In this document: positions 41,601 to 56,135 of the stretch, piece after piece
Numbering within the stretch: position 1 is the stretch's first letter
Layout: each line of letters begins with the position of its first letter
Source: Octopus vulgaris
Lineage: Eukaryota
Assembly (NCBI GenBank): GCA_951406725.2
Contig: OX597818.1
Location: 50,344,001 to 50,408,000, forward strand
Direction: 5' to 3'
Length of the DNA: 64,000 nt
Notes under the pieces: model-generated
Seen by the model: only the letters and a program-made list of their open reading frames with translations
Told to the model about the DNA's origin: nothing
Database searches by the model: none
Translations under genes and position numbers: made by a program

Positions 41601-41970
41601 CTAGAAGTATCGCCCGGCGTTGCTCAGGTTTGTAAGGGAAATAACTATAAAGCATTTTTAGAGAGTTATAGCCAAAATATAGCAAAAAAATGGAAAAAAA
41701 ATGATGGTAAATTTTTTTTTGAGAGTAAAAAAAGGTTGAGTTGCGTCCCCTAGACAGTCTGTGGTTTGTTTTTTTTTATTCTCGACCCCATGTCGAATTT
41801 ATCGATTTTTTTCAGAACTGGGGGAACTTTTCAAAATTTTCGCTGCGTTAGTTTTGAATTATGACATTGGGCTATGTGTGTGTCAAGTTTCATCAGAATC
41901 GGTTGAAAGCCGTGGTCAGGGTGAGGGTACGAGAAAACAGATACACAGAAACACGCACAGACAAACTGCC

Positions 41971-41980
<10 letters not shown>
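41601..41980 (-). mobile_element. Non-autonomous Helitron, copy B only
   Basis: Minus-strand end acctgagcaacgccgggcgatacttCTAG, the same terminus as 60040-60069. Confidence 0.75.
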
Positions 41981-42035
<55 letters not shown>

Positions 42036-42812
42036 TAATCAAGAAAACAAAAAGACAACAACGCAAGGATGTGGAACAAATAAAGTATTATTGGACGCTC
42101 AGTATTATTGGAGCTGATCAGTGGCTTCACTACAGGTGATCTTGCTTGTAGGTTATGTTCAACTAAACGATGAGGCACAGTTTTTCGAGATAACGTTTTC
42201 TTCAGTACAATGCTCATTTCCCGAGAAACAGCAGCAGCAGTTTTAAATCTGTCCATTTTAACCAACTTTACCATAGCACGACCTTCTCTCTTGGTCGTTT
42301 TTCTTGGCCTACCTGTAGACTTTTTTGCTTCACACGAACCACAATCATCGAAAACCTTAAGAATACCGTGAACAACACTTTTTGACTTGTTAACAATCTT
42401 TGCAATAGACCCAATACTTAAATTATCCTTCTTTCGAAGCTTAATAATATGCTGACGAATTGGTAACGGAGTAAGTGGCATTATATTAACAAAGTACACT
42501 GCAGATATTCTTACTAATGTTTAGCAAACGAACCATCACGTAAACAAATTCAAAATATTAAAAGTTCATCGGTTAAATATACTAAAACACGGAGTAAAAG
42601 CCACCGTTCTGATCATTTTGGCCGCCATGGGCTTTGCAGTAAATCACTAAATCATCCATAACTTTTGTATTATCCTCTCAAATTACACCAAAATCTCAGA
42701 CAATAACAATTAATATATATTGACCGTGAAAATTATAGAATATAATACAACTTTGATAAAAACTTATAGAGAAGACATGAAATATGATTTTTTCTCTTAT
42801 TCTGTCAATTTA

Positions 42813-42903
<91 letters not shown>

Positions 42904-42974
42904 TATAGAAATTCGGGGTGAGTACTTGATAATTATAAGCACCTGTGTATACCGTTTGGTGGTGTAGGTGGTGG

Positions 42975-43450
42975 AGTAAATTAATCAAAATAAAAATAAA
43001 AACATGAGGCGAAGGATTCAGCGGTACATATTCGGGCCTTTATTAGACAGATTTATAACAAAGCATAAGAGCATGGAGCTTCCACAAGGACTGTTACATC
43101 AAAAGTTCTTGGTTGGGGATGCAAATCCTCTCGTTCACGTACGCATAATGCGGCAGCAGCATAAATTGAAGCGTCCATCTCTTTCTTCTCTCAATGTACA
43201 TTGAGAGAAGAAAGAGATGGACGCTTCAATTCTATGCTGCTGCCGCATTATGTCGTACGTGAACGAGAGGATTTGCATCCCCAACCAAGAACTTTTGATG
43301 TAACACATGTCCTTGTGGAAGCTGTTGTGCGCGGCTGAAGAAGGCCACAGACATACATTATGCTTTGTTATAAATCTGTCTAATAAAGGCCCGAAACATA
43401 TGTACCGCTGAATCCTTCGCCTCATGTTTTTATTTTTATTTTTATTAATT

Positions 43451-43455
<5 letters not shown>
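42975..43455. repeat. Fold-back element with hammerhead, copy B only
   Basis: Arms centred on tcaatgtacattga (~43197); the left arm has a deletion that removes the CTGAAGA core. Confidence 0.8.
43331..43408 (+). ncRNA. Hammerhead ribozyme-like motif
   Basis: gcgg-CTGAAGA-aggcc...ggccc-GAAA-catatg-TA-ccgc. Confidence 0.8.
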
Positions 43456-43499
<44 letters not shown>

Positions 43500-43814
43500 T
43501 ATACACATAAATTAGAAATAAAAACACCTTTTATCAATTCAATAATGAAAAATTAAATTATACTATTTAGAAAAATAACATATTATAGAAAGATTAAATA
43601 TAAGATAAAACATATTACGATGATTACTTAATCATCGTAATATGTTTTATCTTATATTTAATCTTTCTATAATATGTAATTTTTCTAAATGGTATAATTT
43701 AATTTTTCATTATTGAATTGATAAAAGGTGTTTTTTTTCTAATTTATATATATATATTACATTTTGTGAAATTTGATTTAGTATTTCTAATTTATATATA
43801 TATTTATATATATA

Positions 43815-43890
<76 letters not shown>

Positions 43891-45744
43891 GTGTGTATGT
43901 GTGTGTATGCATATATATATATATACATGTGTATATATATGTATATGTATATATATATGTGTGTGTATACACACACACACACATACACACACACATACAC
44001 ACATACACATATATATATATATATATAAATGTTTTTTTGCTTTTTTGTAGTTTCAGCTCAGAGCTGCAGTCATGCAGGGGCACCGCTGTTTTGCTACGCT
44101 GTTTTTATTCAGGGCCTTCTCTAATATGTGGCATTTGGTGAATAAGGGAGTTTGATGTCACTATCCTCATTTGCACCACTTGCAGCGAGGTAGGTTCATC
44201 TGGGACTCTTGACAGGAAGAGGTCCAGTTTTGATTTGAAAACACCTACATCTACTTAGTGTAGGTCCTTCAGGCTCTTTGGAGGAATATTAAAAAACAGG
44301 AGTTGCAGTTCTACTCGGGAAAAACCAGGATTTTGAGGTAAGACTATCTTTGTAGGTCCGGAGGGCAGGTTGGTCGCCTTAGATGTGACACACAAAAGTG
44401 GTAAGGCCTTTAGTTTGGTGGCTGTCTACGTTCCCTGTGGAGCTGGTCAGTCTGACAATTTTTGAAGCCTAGAGAATTTTCAAGGAACGTCGCACACTTT
44501 AGTGTTATTAGGTGAATTTAACACATTCTACGATGCACGCGTAGATCGTGTTGGCTCGAACCCGGATGGTTGGGGGAGGGATCCCTTGCCTTAGCGGTTT
44601 GCTAAGTCGTTTTCAGCTGGCAGAGCGATTCAGACTGGATCACCCGGATGCTCCATTGTGGATATGGGCAAATAACGATGGTTCGTCGAGATCTTATCTA
44701 GACAGGATTATTGTTAGGACTAATGGTAAAAATATAGTTAGTTGTCCACAATATCATATTGTCAACAACAGTGATCCCAAATTTGTGACCTGTAGATTTG
44801 ACCTAGATAGTATGGGCATTAACCAGTTCCATTATTAATAATAAATGGTGGTATGCCCTCAAAAGAGCCATTAAATTTGAGTCAATTAGATTTGGTACGG
44901 AATTAGCTAGTACTAGAAATAAAATAGAAAGAGCTTTAGTTAAGGCTCTAGTAGAGACAATAATATATTATATATATATATATATTATATATAGGTGGAT
45001 TATGTATTTGTAATACTAGATTGAAGTTAATTAGGTATTATATTATTTGATATTTAGTCTATTTTGTCATAGTTTGTAATATTAAATCCATAGATACTAC
45101 ACATGTATATTTATTATATGGTTAGCTTATGTGAGGAATTTATCTATATTTGAAACATTTCTTATTTTGATTACAATTTAATGACTTTTTATAGCTTTGT
45201 GTTTTTTATTTAATTTTAAAGTATTTAATTATTGAATTATCATTTTATTTTTCAATTATATATACATTTAGAATTTTCATATACATATATATTTATATAT
45301 ATGTATATATATATGTATATATTAAAGTATATTTATTAATTAATTATTTTACTGTTCTATTATATTTTAACCTGATGAGCGACTATATTTATATGCAAGT
45401 GATTTCTCTACTACTATTATCATTTCTTAAATATAGCAGCGAAACGCGTGTCGTTCTTCTACCTATTATATACATTACATTATTCTTGTAATTTACTTAA
45501 TCTTTACTTCTTAATTGTTATTTTAATTATTTTAAATTTTAACTTTTCAATTATATATAATTTTCTAGATGGTGTAATTTAATTATTCATTTTGTATTGA
45601 TAAAAGGTGTTTTTTTTTCTAATATTTTATATATTTTATATTGTGTGGAATTTGATTTAGTATTTCTAAATTGAATTCTTTTTCCTTGTAAGTTTGGATT
45701 TTATTCCCTCAAATAATAATTATATATATATATACATATATATA

Positions 45745-45787
<43 letters not shown>

Positions 45788-45923
45788 GGAGAGAGAAAGA
45801 GAGAGAGAGAGAATTATGTGTATATGTGTGTGTATGTGTGTGTGCATGCGTTACTTACGATTGAGTATTGGATTAATAAGTAGTTGTGTAATTCAATGTA
45901 ATGTTACAGATTGCATAACTTAC

Positions 45924-46113
45924 ATGGAATATTGATGCCGCATCGAATCCAAGGTTTATCCTGGCATTGTCCAACATCAAGCACACAGGTTCTATTTAGC
46001 GCAACTGTACCAGCTCCACAATGCATATGATTACCGTGGTTATAATATTTCGTGCACTTGCATGGATCAATTTGGAAACGAAGGCTCTTTTTCGCATTAC
46101 AAATTGTTAAAAT
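45924..46113 (-). CDS. Receptor gene B, Cys-rich ectodomain exon (190 nt; +1 nt relative to A)
   Basis: Same splice sites as A. Reads ILTICNAKKSLRFQIDPCKCTKYYNHGNHMHCGAGTVALNRTC... only if entered in phase 0; in phase 1 it hits TAA after a few codons. Confidence 0.7.
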
Positions 46114-46867
46114 CTGAAAAAATAAAATTGTAGCTTTCTTTTGACTCTTACGTGGAAGAGTAATACTTTGTACTACACAGTACTACATAACATACAATAG
46201 TCGTCCAAGAATTTGGACATGGAGATCTCCATTTCCAGCGACTTCGAGGGCCACCTCCCAGTGGTGTCGGACATCAACGAGGAGCCTTCGACTACAACAA
46301 GACGACCAAAGTGTAATTTTTCCAAGGTCCGGGATCTCCCGCCCCTAAGCCCTAGACCATCATCTAATCACCCTTACCCGTCTTGTTGCTTAACAACAAC
46401 AATAACATACAATAAAACACAAACAAATCTTTGGTTAATAGACGTGCTGTTTCCTCCATCTGTCTTTCTATCGCTCCTCCCTAACATGTTTGTTACAAAC
46501 CTGGATTGCTGACTGGCTGTCATGGCTAGTCTCATGTTATTCTCTCAATTAAATCCGTCCTGATGAACTCAAATCTGCTCTCCCGCTCGCCACCGAAGAG
46601 AAACAATCAAACCCTAATAACTATTCGGCAATACCATCAGAAAACCTTTCATCTGCTGTGGCAAATAACAATAACTTATGGACTTTACATCATTTTCATT
46701 ATTTACATTTGACGGATATTTGTCCTCATCTTGCTTGTTGTTAACACAACGTTTCGGCTGATGTACCCTCCAGACTTCATCAGGTGTCTTGGGGAAATTT
46801 CAAACCTAGCTTCTCATTCCTAAGGTATTTTTCGATATTATCATTATCATTATTAATATTATTATTA

Positions 46868-46955
<88 letters not shown>

Positions 46956-46960
46956 CATCA

Positions 46961-47049
<89 letters not shown>

Positions 47050-48494
47050 GGGGTTAGTAGCCCGCGCTCTTAACCAATGGAGTGAAATTTTAGGGCTTAT
47101 AAATCTAATATTTTCCTATCCTTCCTTAATACCGATTCCCCTATGCTATTCATATCTGCACTCGGTCTGCTTAGGAGGTCGTTGTGTCCTAGCATATGTG
47201 CTGCTTCTTTTAGTTTTCGTATTTTCCAGTGGTGTTCTCTGTCTATTATTTTAAATTCATCCCACAGGGAGAGGTGGTCTCCATTTTTCCATACATGATC
47301 AGCTTATACCCGATTGATCAATATCTCCTCGTGTCACAGCTTTATGATATTCCCGTACACTTATTTTGAGGGGTCACCATGTTTCGCCTTTGTATAACCT
47401 ACCACAGCTGCATGGGATGGAGTATATGCAGTTTTTGGTTATATTCCCTTCTACTGGTGGTTTTACTCGAAAGAGATATTTGTGAAGTGTTATATTACTC
47501 TTCAATACTGTCCTGGTGTCATATGGGCCGCATATCTTCTGTATATTTTCAGAGAGGCCTTTCACATAGGGTAGACATACTGTAGACAGTTTATTGGTTT
47601 CATCCTCTCTTTTCTTCATAATTGGAGTAGATAGTATGTTTTTGGGGTAGTTGTTGCTTAATAGATTGTTACTGAGCTTCATCATTTCTTCGTGGTGGGT
47701 ATCACGATCGCTGCCTATATTCTTTGCTCGATGTTTTAGGCACTGAGTAATCCCTCTCTTTACACTGTATGGATGGTGGGAATTGAAGTTAAGGTATCGC
47801 CCAGTGAAGGTCGGCTTGCGGTATACGGATGTCTTGAATCCATACTTGGTGCGTGTTAATAATACGTTCAGGAATGCTAGCTGATTGTCTTTTTCTTTTT
47901 CTATTGTGAACTGTATGGATGGCTTTATTGAGTTCACATGATCCAACAGCACTTGGACATCTTCCTGGTGGGACCAGAGTATAAAGGTGTCATCAACATA
48001 TCGCAGCCATATGGTTGGTTTTAGTGGTGTTGATCCTAAAGCTTTTGGAAAAAAACTTATTTTATAGAAAGAAATATAATTCTATTATTACGAGGTAGAC
48101 CAAGAATCGAAGGGTTACTTCCATTACCTTAGGGAAGGACACTTTGGAGATCCTGTTCAAAAAGTATTGAGTAAGAAGGGAGAAAGAGAGCGGGAGAGAA
48201 AGAGAGAGGGAGAGAAAGAGATTTTGAGAGAAGGAGAAAGTGAGAGCAGGAGGTGTAAGGGAAAAAGGAATAAAGAAATGGAGGATAAAAATATTAAACG
48301 GGTGAAAGGATGAAGGACTGAACAAGGTGTTCGACTGCAAGAAGCAGTGGGACCTTTTTCTTTAGACTGTTGTTCCGGTCACATGAACAAAGGGTAACAG
48401 TCTCCAATATAGCACTTTGGTTCATTACGGGCATACGACGGAGGCAGTTATGCGGATAAACAACTTAAATATAACAGCTTGGGTTTGATATACA

Positions 48495-48550
<56 letters not shown>

Positions 48551-48981
48551 ACGCGCGCGCACACACACACAGACACACACACACACACTTACGGGGACAT
48601 AAACACACTAGCATCGGTTGTCAAGTGATGTTGGGGGGACAATAACAGACACATAAACATATACACACACACATATATACATACATATATACGACGGGCT
48701 TCTTTCAGTTTCCGTCTACCAAATCCACTCAGAAGGTTTTGGTCGGCTCGAGGCTATAGTAGAAGAAACTTGCCCAAGGTGCCGCGCAGTGGGACTGAAC
48801 CCGGAACCATGTGGTTCGTAAGCAAGCTACTTACTACAATGGACAATGGACATGCTCTTCCCTGACTTATCAGTTCTCTGTTGAGTCTGTTGTTAGTCAT
48901 AAGTCCTATAATTCCAATCGCTACTTTACACAAACTGCTACACTCCGGAACACAACTCTCGAGTTGTTTCCTCTGGTGTAT

Positions 48982-49070
<89 letters not shown>

Positions 49071-49151
49071 ACACACACACACACACACGCACCACATTGT
49101 TGAAGTCATCAGAATTTATTAACTTCGAGATAATGTTATAAATAACATCAT

Positions 49152-49195
<44 letters not shown>

Positions 49196-50713
49196 AAGAG
49201 TGTGAGAAAGAGTGAGAGAGAGTGTGTGAGAGAAAAAGAGAGAGAGAGAGAGAGTAGACTCTCCAAACATATTTGAAAATAATCGGGAATATATGACCAG
49301 CTAAGCACACCTACGAAAAGAAGCTTCTAAGTGGTTGTCCGATCTGCTAGAACTAGCAGCCAAACCTTTTGCAAATAACACCGTACGGTCTTAAAAAAAG
49401 AAGGGACGGCCGAGAGTGGAACGCTTTGGATCAAAGACCAGCAGCATTTACTCACGTTTCTTTATGTTTTGAGTTCAAATCCGTCGAGGTGAACTTTAGT
49501 AGTTACCCTTGCGGGGTGAATAAAGTTTAGTACTAGTTAAACTATGAGGTCGATTTAATATTCATACGTTTTTGCCGAACAAAGAAATCCCGATACTCCT
49601 TTTTTTAAAGTCTGGTATTTATCTTATTTCGTTACTATTGCCGAATCGCTAAGTTATTGAGATGTAAATGAACAGACGCCGGTTATCAAGAGGTGATGAG
49701 CGACGAACACAATGACACACACACGACAGGCTTCAATCCAGTTTCCATCAACCAAATTCTCCCACAAGGCATTGATCAGCAGGAGCTACAGTAGAAGATA
49801 CTTGCCCAAGACACTGTGTCGTGGGTCTGAACCCCGGAACCACGTGGCTGCGAAGCGAGCTTCTTCACCACTAAGCCATGCCCACGCCCGTCAAAAGGGA
49901 AAATCGCAACTAGATTCCAAAGGAATCAGCGTTCGTTCGCGACGGCAGAATTTCGTTCATAGGTGTATTCAATAACTTTCATGAACTCTCATACCTGCCA
50001 AAAAAGTTTTAAGAAACCAAAAACAGTTCAGTAACCCTTTCGATACCAACCCAGCTGAGACCGCCTCTGGCTCTGTAGTGGAAATGTTTTGTTTTCAAAA
50101 GTTCTGAGTTAAAATCTTCTACCAAACCTTAGTCACGATTTATGTTTCAAACACTAGATTACTGATCGCTGGGTTATATTTGCAATTAATTGAAAGAAAC
50201 ACAGAGCATCTCAACAGAAATATGGTAACAAAAGGGTTCATCGTATACAGGGACCAGAAGTGAAACAATTGGGGCATCGATAGACTTTCATTATTCATAT
50301 GGTGGGTGGAATGCAGTTTTTGAGTAAATCTCAGAAATTATATCACTTCAAGGTACAACGAAGAAAGGCTCTGATTTGAAAGTCAGTGCTCAACTGTGTT
50401 CAAGGGAGTCAGACTTGTTATAGAAATCTCATTAACTCTGCTTTTGAGCTTTTTCACCATTTATACTCAGCCATCCATTTAAGCAACCACGACGACAGCC
50501 GTTCAAGAATTTGGACCTGGATATCTCCATTTCCAGGAACTTCGAGGGTCACATCCCAGTGGTGTCGGGCGTCAACGAAGAGCCCTCGACTACAACAAGA
50601 CGACCTAAGTTTTTTTTTTTCCAAGGTCTGGGGTTTCCCGCCCCTAAGCCCTAGACCATCAACTAATCACCCTTACCCGGCTTGTTGCTTAATAACGACA
50701 ACAACAGCAACAG

Positions 50714-50790
50714 CAGAAGAAGAAGAAAAAGAAGAAGAAGAAGAAGAAGAAGAAGAAGAAGAAGAAGAAGAAGAAGAAGAAGAAGAAGAA

Positions 50791-50822
<32 letters not shown>

Positions 50823-50861
50823 AGAAGAAGAGGAAGAAGAAGAAGAGGAAGAAGAAGAAGA

Positions 50862-50894
<33 letters not shown>

Positions 50895-50916
50895 GGAAGA
50901 AGAAGAAGAGGAAGAA

Positions 50917-50948
<32 letters not shown>

Positions 50949-51000
50949 GGAAGAAGAAGAAGAAGAGGAAGAAAAATAAGAAGAAGAAGAAGAAGAAGAG
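50714..51000 (+). repeat. Long (GAA)n/(GAG) microsatellite
   Basis: ~290 bp in copy B versus ~40 bp at 23913-23952 in copy A. Confidence 0.95.
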
Positions 51001-54000
51001 GCGGAGGAGGAAAAAGAATAATAATAATAATAAGAACAACAACAACAACAACAAAAACAACAACAACAACAAAGGTGGGAAAGTGCTTGACAATGCTAAC
51101 GAATTAAAGATCGATCAGAAATTTTACGGAATCGAACAGGTAAAAAGCCCTTAAAAAATTAGAAAATTATATTTACCGTTTCCCATTTTCAGTTCAATAA
51201 GTAGAAAAAGAAAGAAAAAGAAAATTAAGAAATAGTTTCAAATTGATGGTTCCTTGGTTGAACGGGATTAAATAGAAATAAAATGAAAAGTTAGCCAAGA
51301 TATTAACTGTAAGTGTTTTAAGCCTCTTCTGTGGTTGAACAACCTCCACAAACAGAAACAAACTAAACAATGAAAGAATGAGGAGAGAAATAATTAATAC
51401 AGCAAAAATTCCCACCGGATTCTCTCTCTCTCTCTCTCTTTGTTTCCCTCTCTCACTGTTTCTCTCTATCTATCTGTCTCGCTCTCCCCCTCTCTCTGTT
51501 TTTTGTTTCTAACCACTCCCTTCTGATCATTTACTCACGAGTTTCCTAGTATTTTTCCTGACATTCCCCTCTATTTACACTTCCTATGAAACGAGCAAAT
51601 GACAATATAACAGAACCAGACGATAAACAAAACACTTCGCTTAACATCCAGATAGTACAGTTTATAAGAGGCGCTCATTCAGTCATGCGCAAACATGCAT
51701 TTCATACGCAATAACAAAACTGAACGCCATGAATCACCTTGGACGACCATTACACAATACTCCTTCCATAATCCACGACAAACATCACTAATTCCACCTT
51801 TCATTTCCCCCTCCTCCATCATCATAATCATCATCATCGATAACAGCAGCATCAGTGGAGGCGCAATGGCCCCGTGGTTAGGGCAGCGGACTCGCGGTCG
51901 TAAGAACGCGGTTTCGATTCCCAGACCGGGCATTGTGAGTGTTTATTGAGCAAAAAACACCTAAGCTCCACGAGGCTCCGGCGGGGAGGGTGGTGAACCT
52001 CACTGTACTCTTTCACCACAACTTTCTCTCACTTTTTCTTCCTACTTCTGCCACAAAGCAGAGGAACCATGGTGTAACCCACTATGGTGTGGTAAACTTT
52101 CAGACCCTAGTCTGATGGTTCAGCTCTCCACCCGTTAAAAGCCACCTTTTAGGGAATGAGGATAACAACGTAGCTTTCGCGCCCGTGCAACCGCCAGTCT
52201 ATCACGTGTGGTGGGTGGATCTTCAAGTTGCCACACGCATTCTTAGTAGCTTAGAGTAGGCTCGAATTAGAGATTATTCTTTGTGGCTAATGGCGTGAGT
52301 CCTGATTGGAAGAAGACAGCAGCATCACCACCATAATCACTAGCAGCACTAGCCGTTCAAGAATTTGGACCTGGAGATCTCCGTTTCCAGCGACTTCGAG
52401 GGCCACCTCCCAGTGGTATCAGGCGTCAACGAAGAGCCCTCGACTACGACCAAAGTTTTTTTTTTCCAAGGTCTGGGGTCTCCCGCCCCTAAACCCTAGA
52501 CCATCACCTTAATCACCCTTACCCGTCTTGTTGCTTAACAACAACAACAACAACCAACAGCACTAGCGCCACCACCGCCACCGTCGTCCAACTTTTCTAC
52601 CATCGTCAAAAGAAACAAAATCAGCAGCAGCAGCCCACCAACCCCCTCCGCCACCGCCACCACTACCACCACAACCAGCAACAACAACAATACCATGCCT
52701 GTCTCTCCTAAACATGGAAAATAATTTTATAAAATCCAATTTGTAGTTTTTGCATTCATTCAATATAGCTTACGCAAGCCTTGCGTGCTTTGCATTCAGA
52801 CAGGAAACGCTTTCAAAGCGTTATTTAGGGGGTTCACTCGACAGCGCAGCCAAATGGTATCAAGTCGGCCTATATGCAGTGACCCCTAATAGAGGGTAAG
52901 ATGGATTGTATCGAGACGACAGTTTAGAATTGTCGCATCATAATCCCGTTCATGCTCAAGCCACGTTCGGAAAGAACCTCATAGCCACAAAATATTACCA
53001 CAGCTACTAATATTATCAACGTAGACTTCGCTGATGCTCCATTCTGTTTAAGCAATTCAGGCAAACCATTGCATAAATGTGGTGAGAAACCGAGGTGTAT
53101 AAAGAAACACTTGTATTCGCAAATGTTACGGTAAGAATTTTAAAGCGGCGAGTTGGTTGAATAGTTAGCACACCGGGCAAAACACTCAGCGGTATTTCGT
53201 CTGCCGTTACGTTCTGAGTTCAAATTCCGCCGAGGTCGACTTTGCCTTTCATCTTTTCGGGGTCGATTAAATAAGTACCAGTTACGCACTGGGGTCAATA
53301 TAATCGACTTAATCCGTTTGTCTGTCCTTGTTTGTCCTCTCTGTGTTTAGCCCCTTGTGGGTAGTAAAGAAATAGGTATTTCGTCTGCCTTAATGATTTG
53401 AGTTCAAATTCTGCCCATGTCGACTTTACCTTTCACCCTCCAGAGGTCGACCAAGCAAGTACCAGCTGAATACTACGGTCCAATGCGATCGACTTAGCCC
53501 CCACAACCTGCTGGTCTTGTGCTAAAATTTGAAGGAGGCAGCGAGCTAGTAGAATCGTTACTGCACCGAACAAATTACTACCGGCATTTTGTCCATCTTT
53601 ACGTTCTGGGTTCCAATTCCACCGAGGTCGGCTAAGCCTTTGATCCTTTTGGTGTCGATAAAATAGGTACCAGTTAAATACTGAGGTTGATGTAATCGAA
53701 TTAAGTTCCTGCTCCACCCGTTCGAAATTAATGGCCCCGTCCCAAAATTTGAAAACAATATTAGGATAAGAATTGATAACCTGCCATTCTTTAAACAAAG
53801 CGTTGATAAGGTGGACTATTACAGCAACAAAGCCTTAGCTGACTGCAGCTTTGCGGAGAAAAATTCTTACGCACCCAACTTAAATCAACTACCGCCCAGG
53901 AAGGGACTCACAAAAATGTTCTGCTTCGCATCCGCTTTTTTCCCTAAGCGAGAATTCCCGAAGGATGCAGACCACAAGAAAATGATAAAAGTTCTGACAG

Positions 54001-54490
54001 CTACCTAAATATCTAGAGACACTTCTTTTATAAGTGCCGGCTGCAAAATTCACACTAACCGACTGGAAAATTCTACACACTCTAGTCTGACATGTTTCGA
54101 GTCTCCTGCTGAATTTTGAACCATAACTTTTTGATTATTCCGGCTCAGGACCACGATCTGCCATACCGCCATAAAAAGCAATGTCTCGCTGTGAACCAAA
54201 GCAAATATAACTCAACCGATCATAATTCATTGACATATAATGGACGATGCGAGGAACTTCATTGGAAGTGTGCTAGTTTTTTCCGCTAAGTAGATTGTGT
54301 GAAGCTTATAAAAAGTTGGCGAATTCAACCTCAGACTAAAGAGCCACTGAGCAGTACACACAGAACGATGTCGCTCTGCTCAGTAAATTAGTTTCTCACC
54401 TTCTTTTCTTTTACTTAACATGTTTATGTTGAGTCGACATTGAGTTGTAACGTCCAGTCACACAGACATTAGGAATCTTCTGGAAAATAT

Positions 54491-56135
54491 TATTATGTAG
54501 TCCGGAAAGTTCTGAACGTTATTTGATATGTAAAAAGTGATATAAATGATTGATCTTTCAATAAATTTCATTCAATGAAATAATTTTCCTTTTTATTAAT
54601 GACATTTGCCCATCTATCAGGCAATTGAAATATTTACATCAGCATAAAGTTTGATGAAAAAAAGTAATCTAGATGCATTTTGACTCCATCTGGATTGTTA
54701 AATATTTTTCCTTGCAATAAGTTCTGTAGAAACAAAAACAAGTAGTAGTTGGATTGTAGAATATCAGGAGAATATGGTGGATGGAGTAAGAGATCCCAGC
54801 CAAGTCCATGTAACTTTGTTCCGGTAGCGAAAGACACATGTGGTCGGGCATTGTCTCGTTGGAACACTATCTGTTTCCTGTTGGCGATCTTCAGCCTCAA
54901 TTCTTTGATTTGTTTGTTTTGAAATTAGCCACCTGACGACAGTACACTTTAGAATTATTGGTCTGGTTTTGTGAGAGAAGCTCATTATAAATAATGCCTT
55001 TATGCTCCATCCAAACACAAAGCATAGCTCTTTTGGCATGGATATTCGTCTTTGGTTGCTGTTTTGGGAAATCCTTACACAAACTCCAGGATCTTTTCCC
55101 CACACAATCCCTTTTTCATTTTCAGTCACAACTTGTTTCAAAAATAGTATGCTTTCATTCCGTTTCAAAAGATGTCACAAATAGAATACCGGTCTAAGTA
55201 ATTATTTTCTGAGAGTCGGCGAAGGACCCATACATTATAGCGAGAAATATATTCTAGCTTCAATAGGTGTTCATGAGCCGTACTTTTAGAAACTTCCAAC
55301 TCCTCTGCAACTTCTCTAGCCGTGGTATTTGAGTTTTTCTTCGATTGTTGCTTTCAAAACATCTTCATCCAAATTTGAAGGTCTTCTACTGAAATTGTCC
55401 TCTTCCAAGCTAAACTCTCCAGCTTAAAATTTTGCAAGCTTCCTTCGAACAGTTGATTCACATACAGCATCATTGCCATAAACTTCACAAAGATTTTTGC
55501 AAGCGTTTGCAACATTTTCTGCTTTTTGAAAAAGAAAGGCATTACAACGCGTAACTATTTCAAATGTCAATAAAGGATAGCCGTAATCTCTCTATACATA
55601 AAGCTGAAGTTGTCTGTATGTGGCAGGTTTGGTAGCCTTCAACTAACACTATCTCCTCCGAGACCCTGCGGCGCAAGTTGACCAAAATTGAGAGTATGAT
55701 ATAAGATGGCTTGCTCTTCATTCCGTAGAAGATGAAATTCAAATCGGACCACGTTAACACCAAAAAATTATTTATATCAAAAAGGTGCTTTTTTTTCTAT
55801 GGAAATCCCTATTTTTTACGATTTTTTTACTGCTGAGTCGCCATTTTTCGGTGTATTTCAACCATAAAAATGTTCACTTAAAGGGAATAACAAGCTACAT
55901 AATGCAAAATGTTTACTTTTCAAAAATTCCAATTCTAAAGGGTCGAAACAAACCCGAGCAACACCGGACGATGCTGCTAATGAAAAGATAAATCTATTCT
56001 TAGTCAGTAACAAAGAAGAGATGCACTTCCACTTCAAGCAACACCAGAGTTTTAACTGTTTCCTTTAAGGTGTGTTCTAGGAAGGCTTAAAAGAATTAGT
56101 TTAAAACCGCTCAGAACTTTCCGGACAACCAAATA
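54491..56135 (-). mobile_element. Decayed mariner transposon with nested Helitron-like insert (~55587-55980)
   Basis: TIRs tattatgtagtccggaaagttctga / tcagaactttccggacaaccaaata; DNARPH and HPPYSPD motifs; multiple frameshifts. Confidence 0.9.

Noticed and set aside
50386-51107. Poly-Glu / poly-Arg / poly-Phe ORFs
   Set aside because: Products of the GAA microsatellite.
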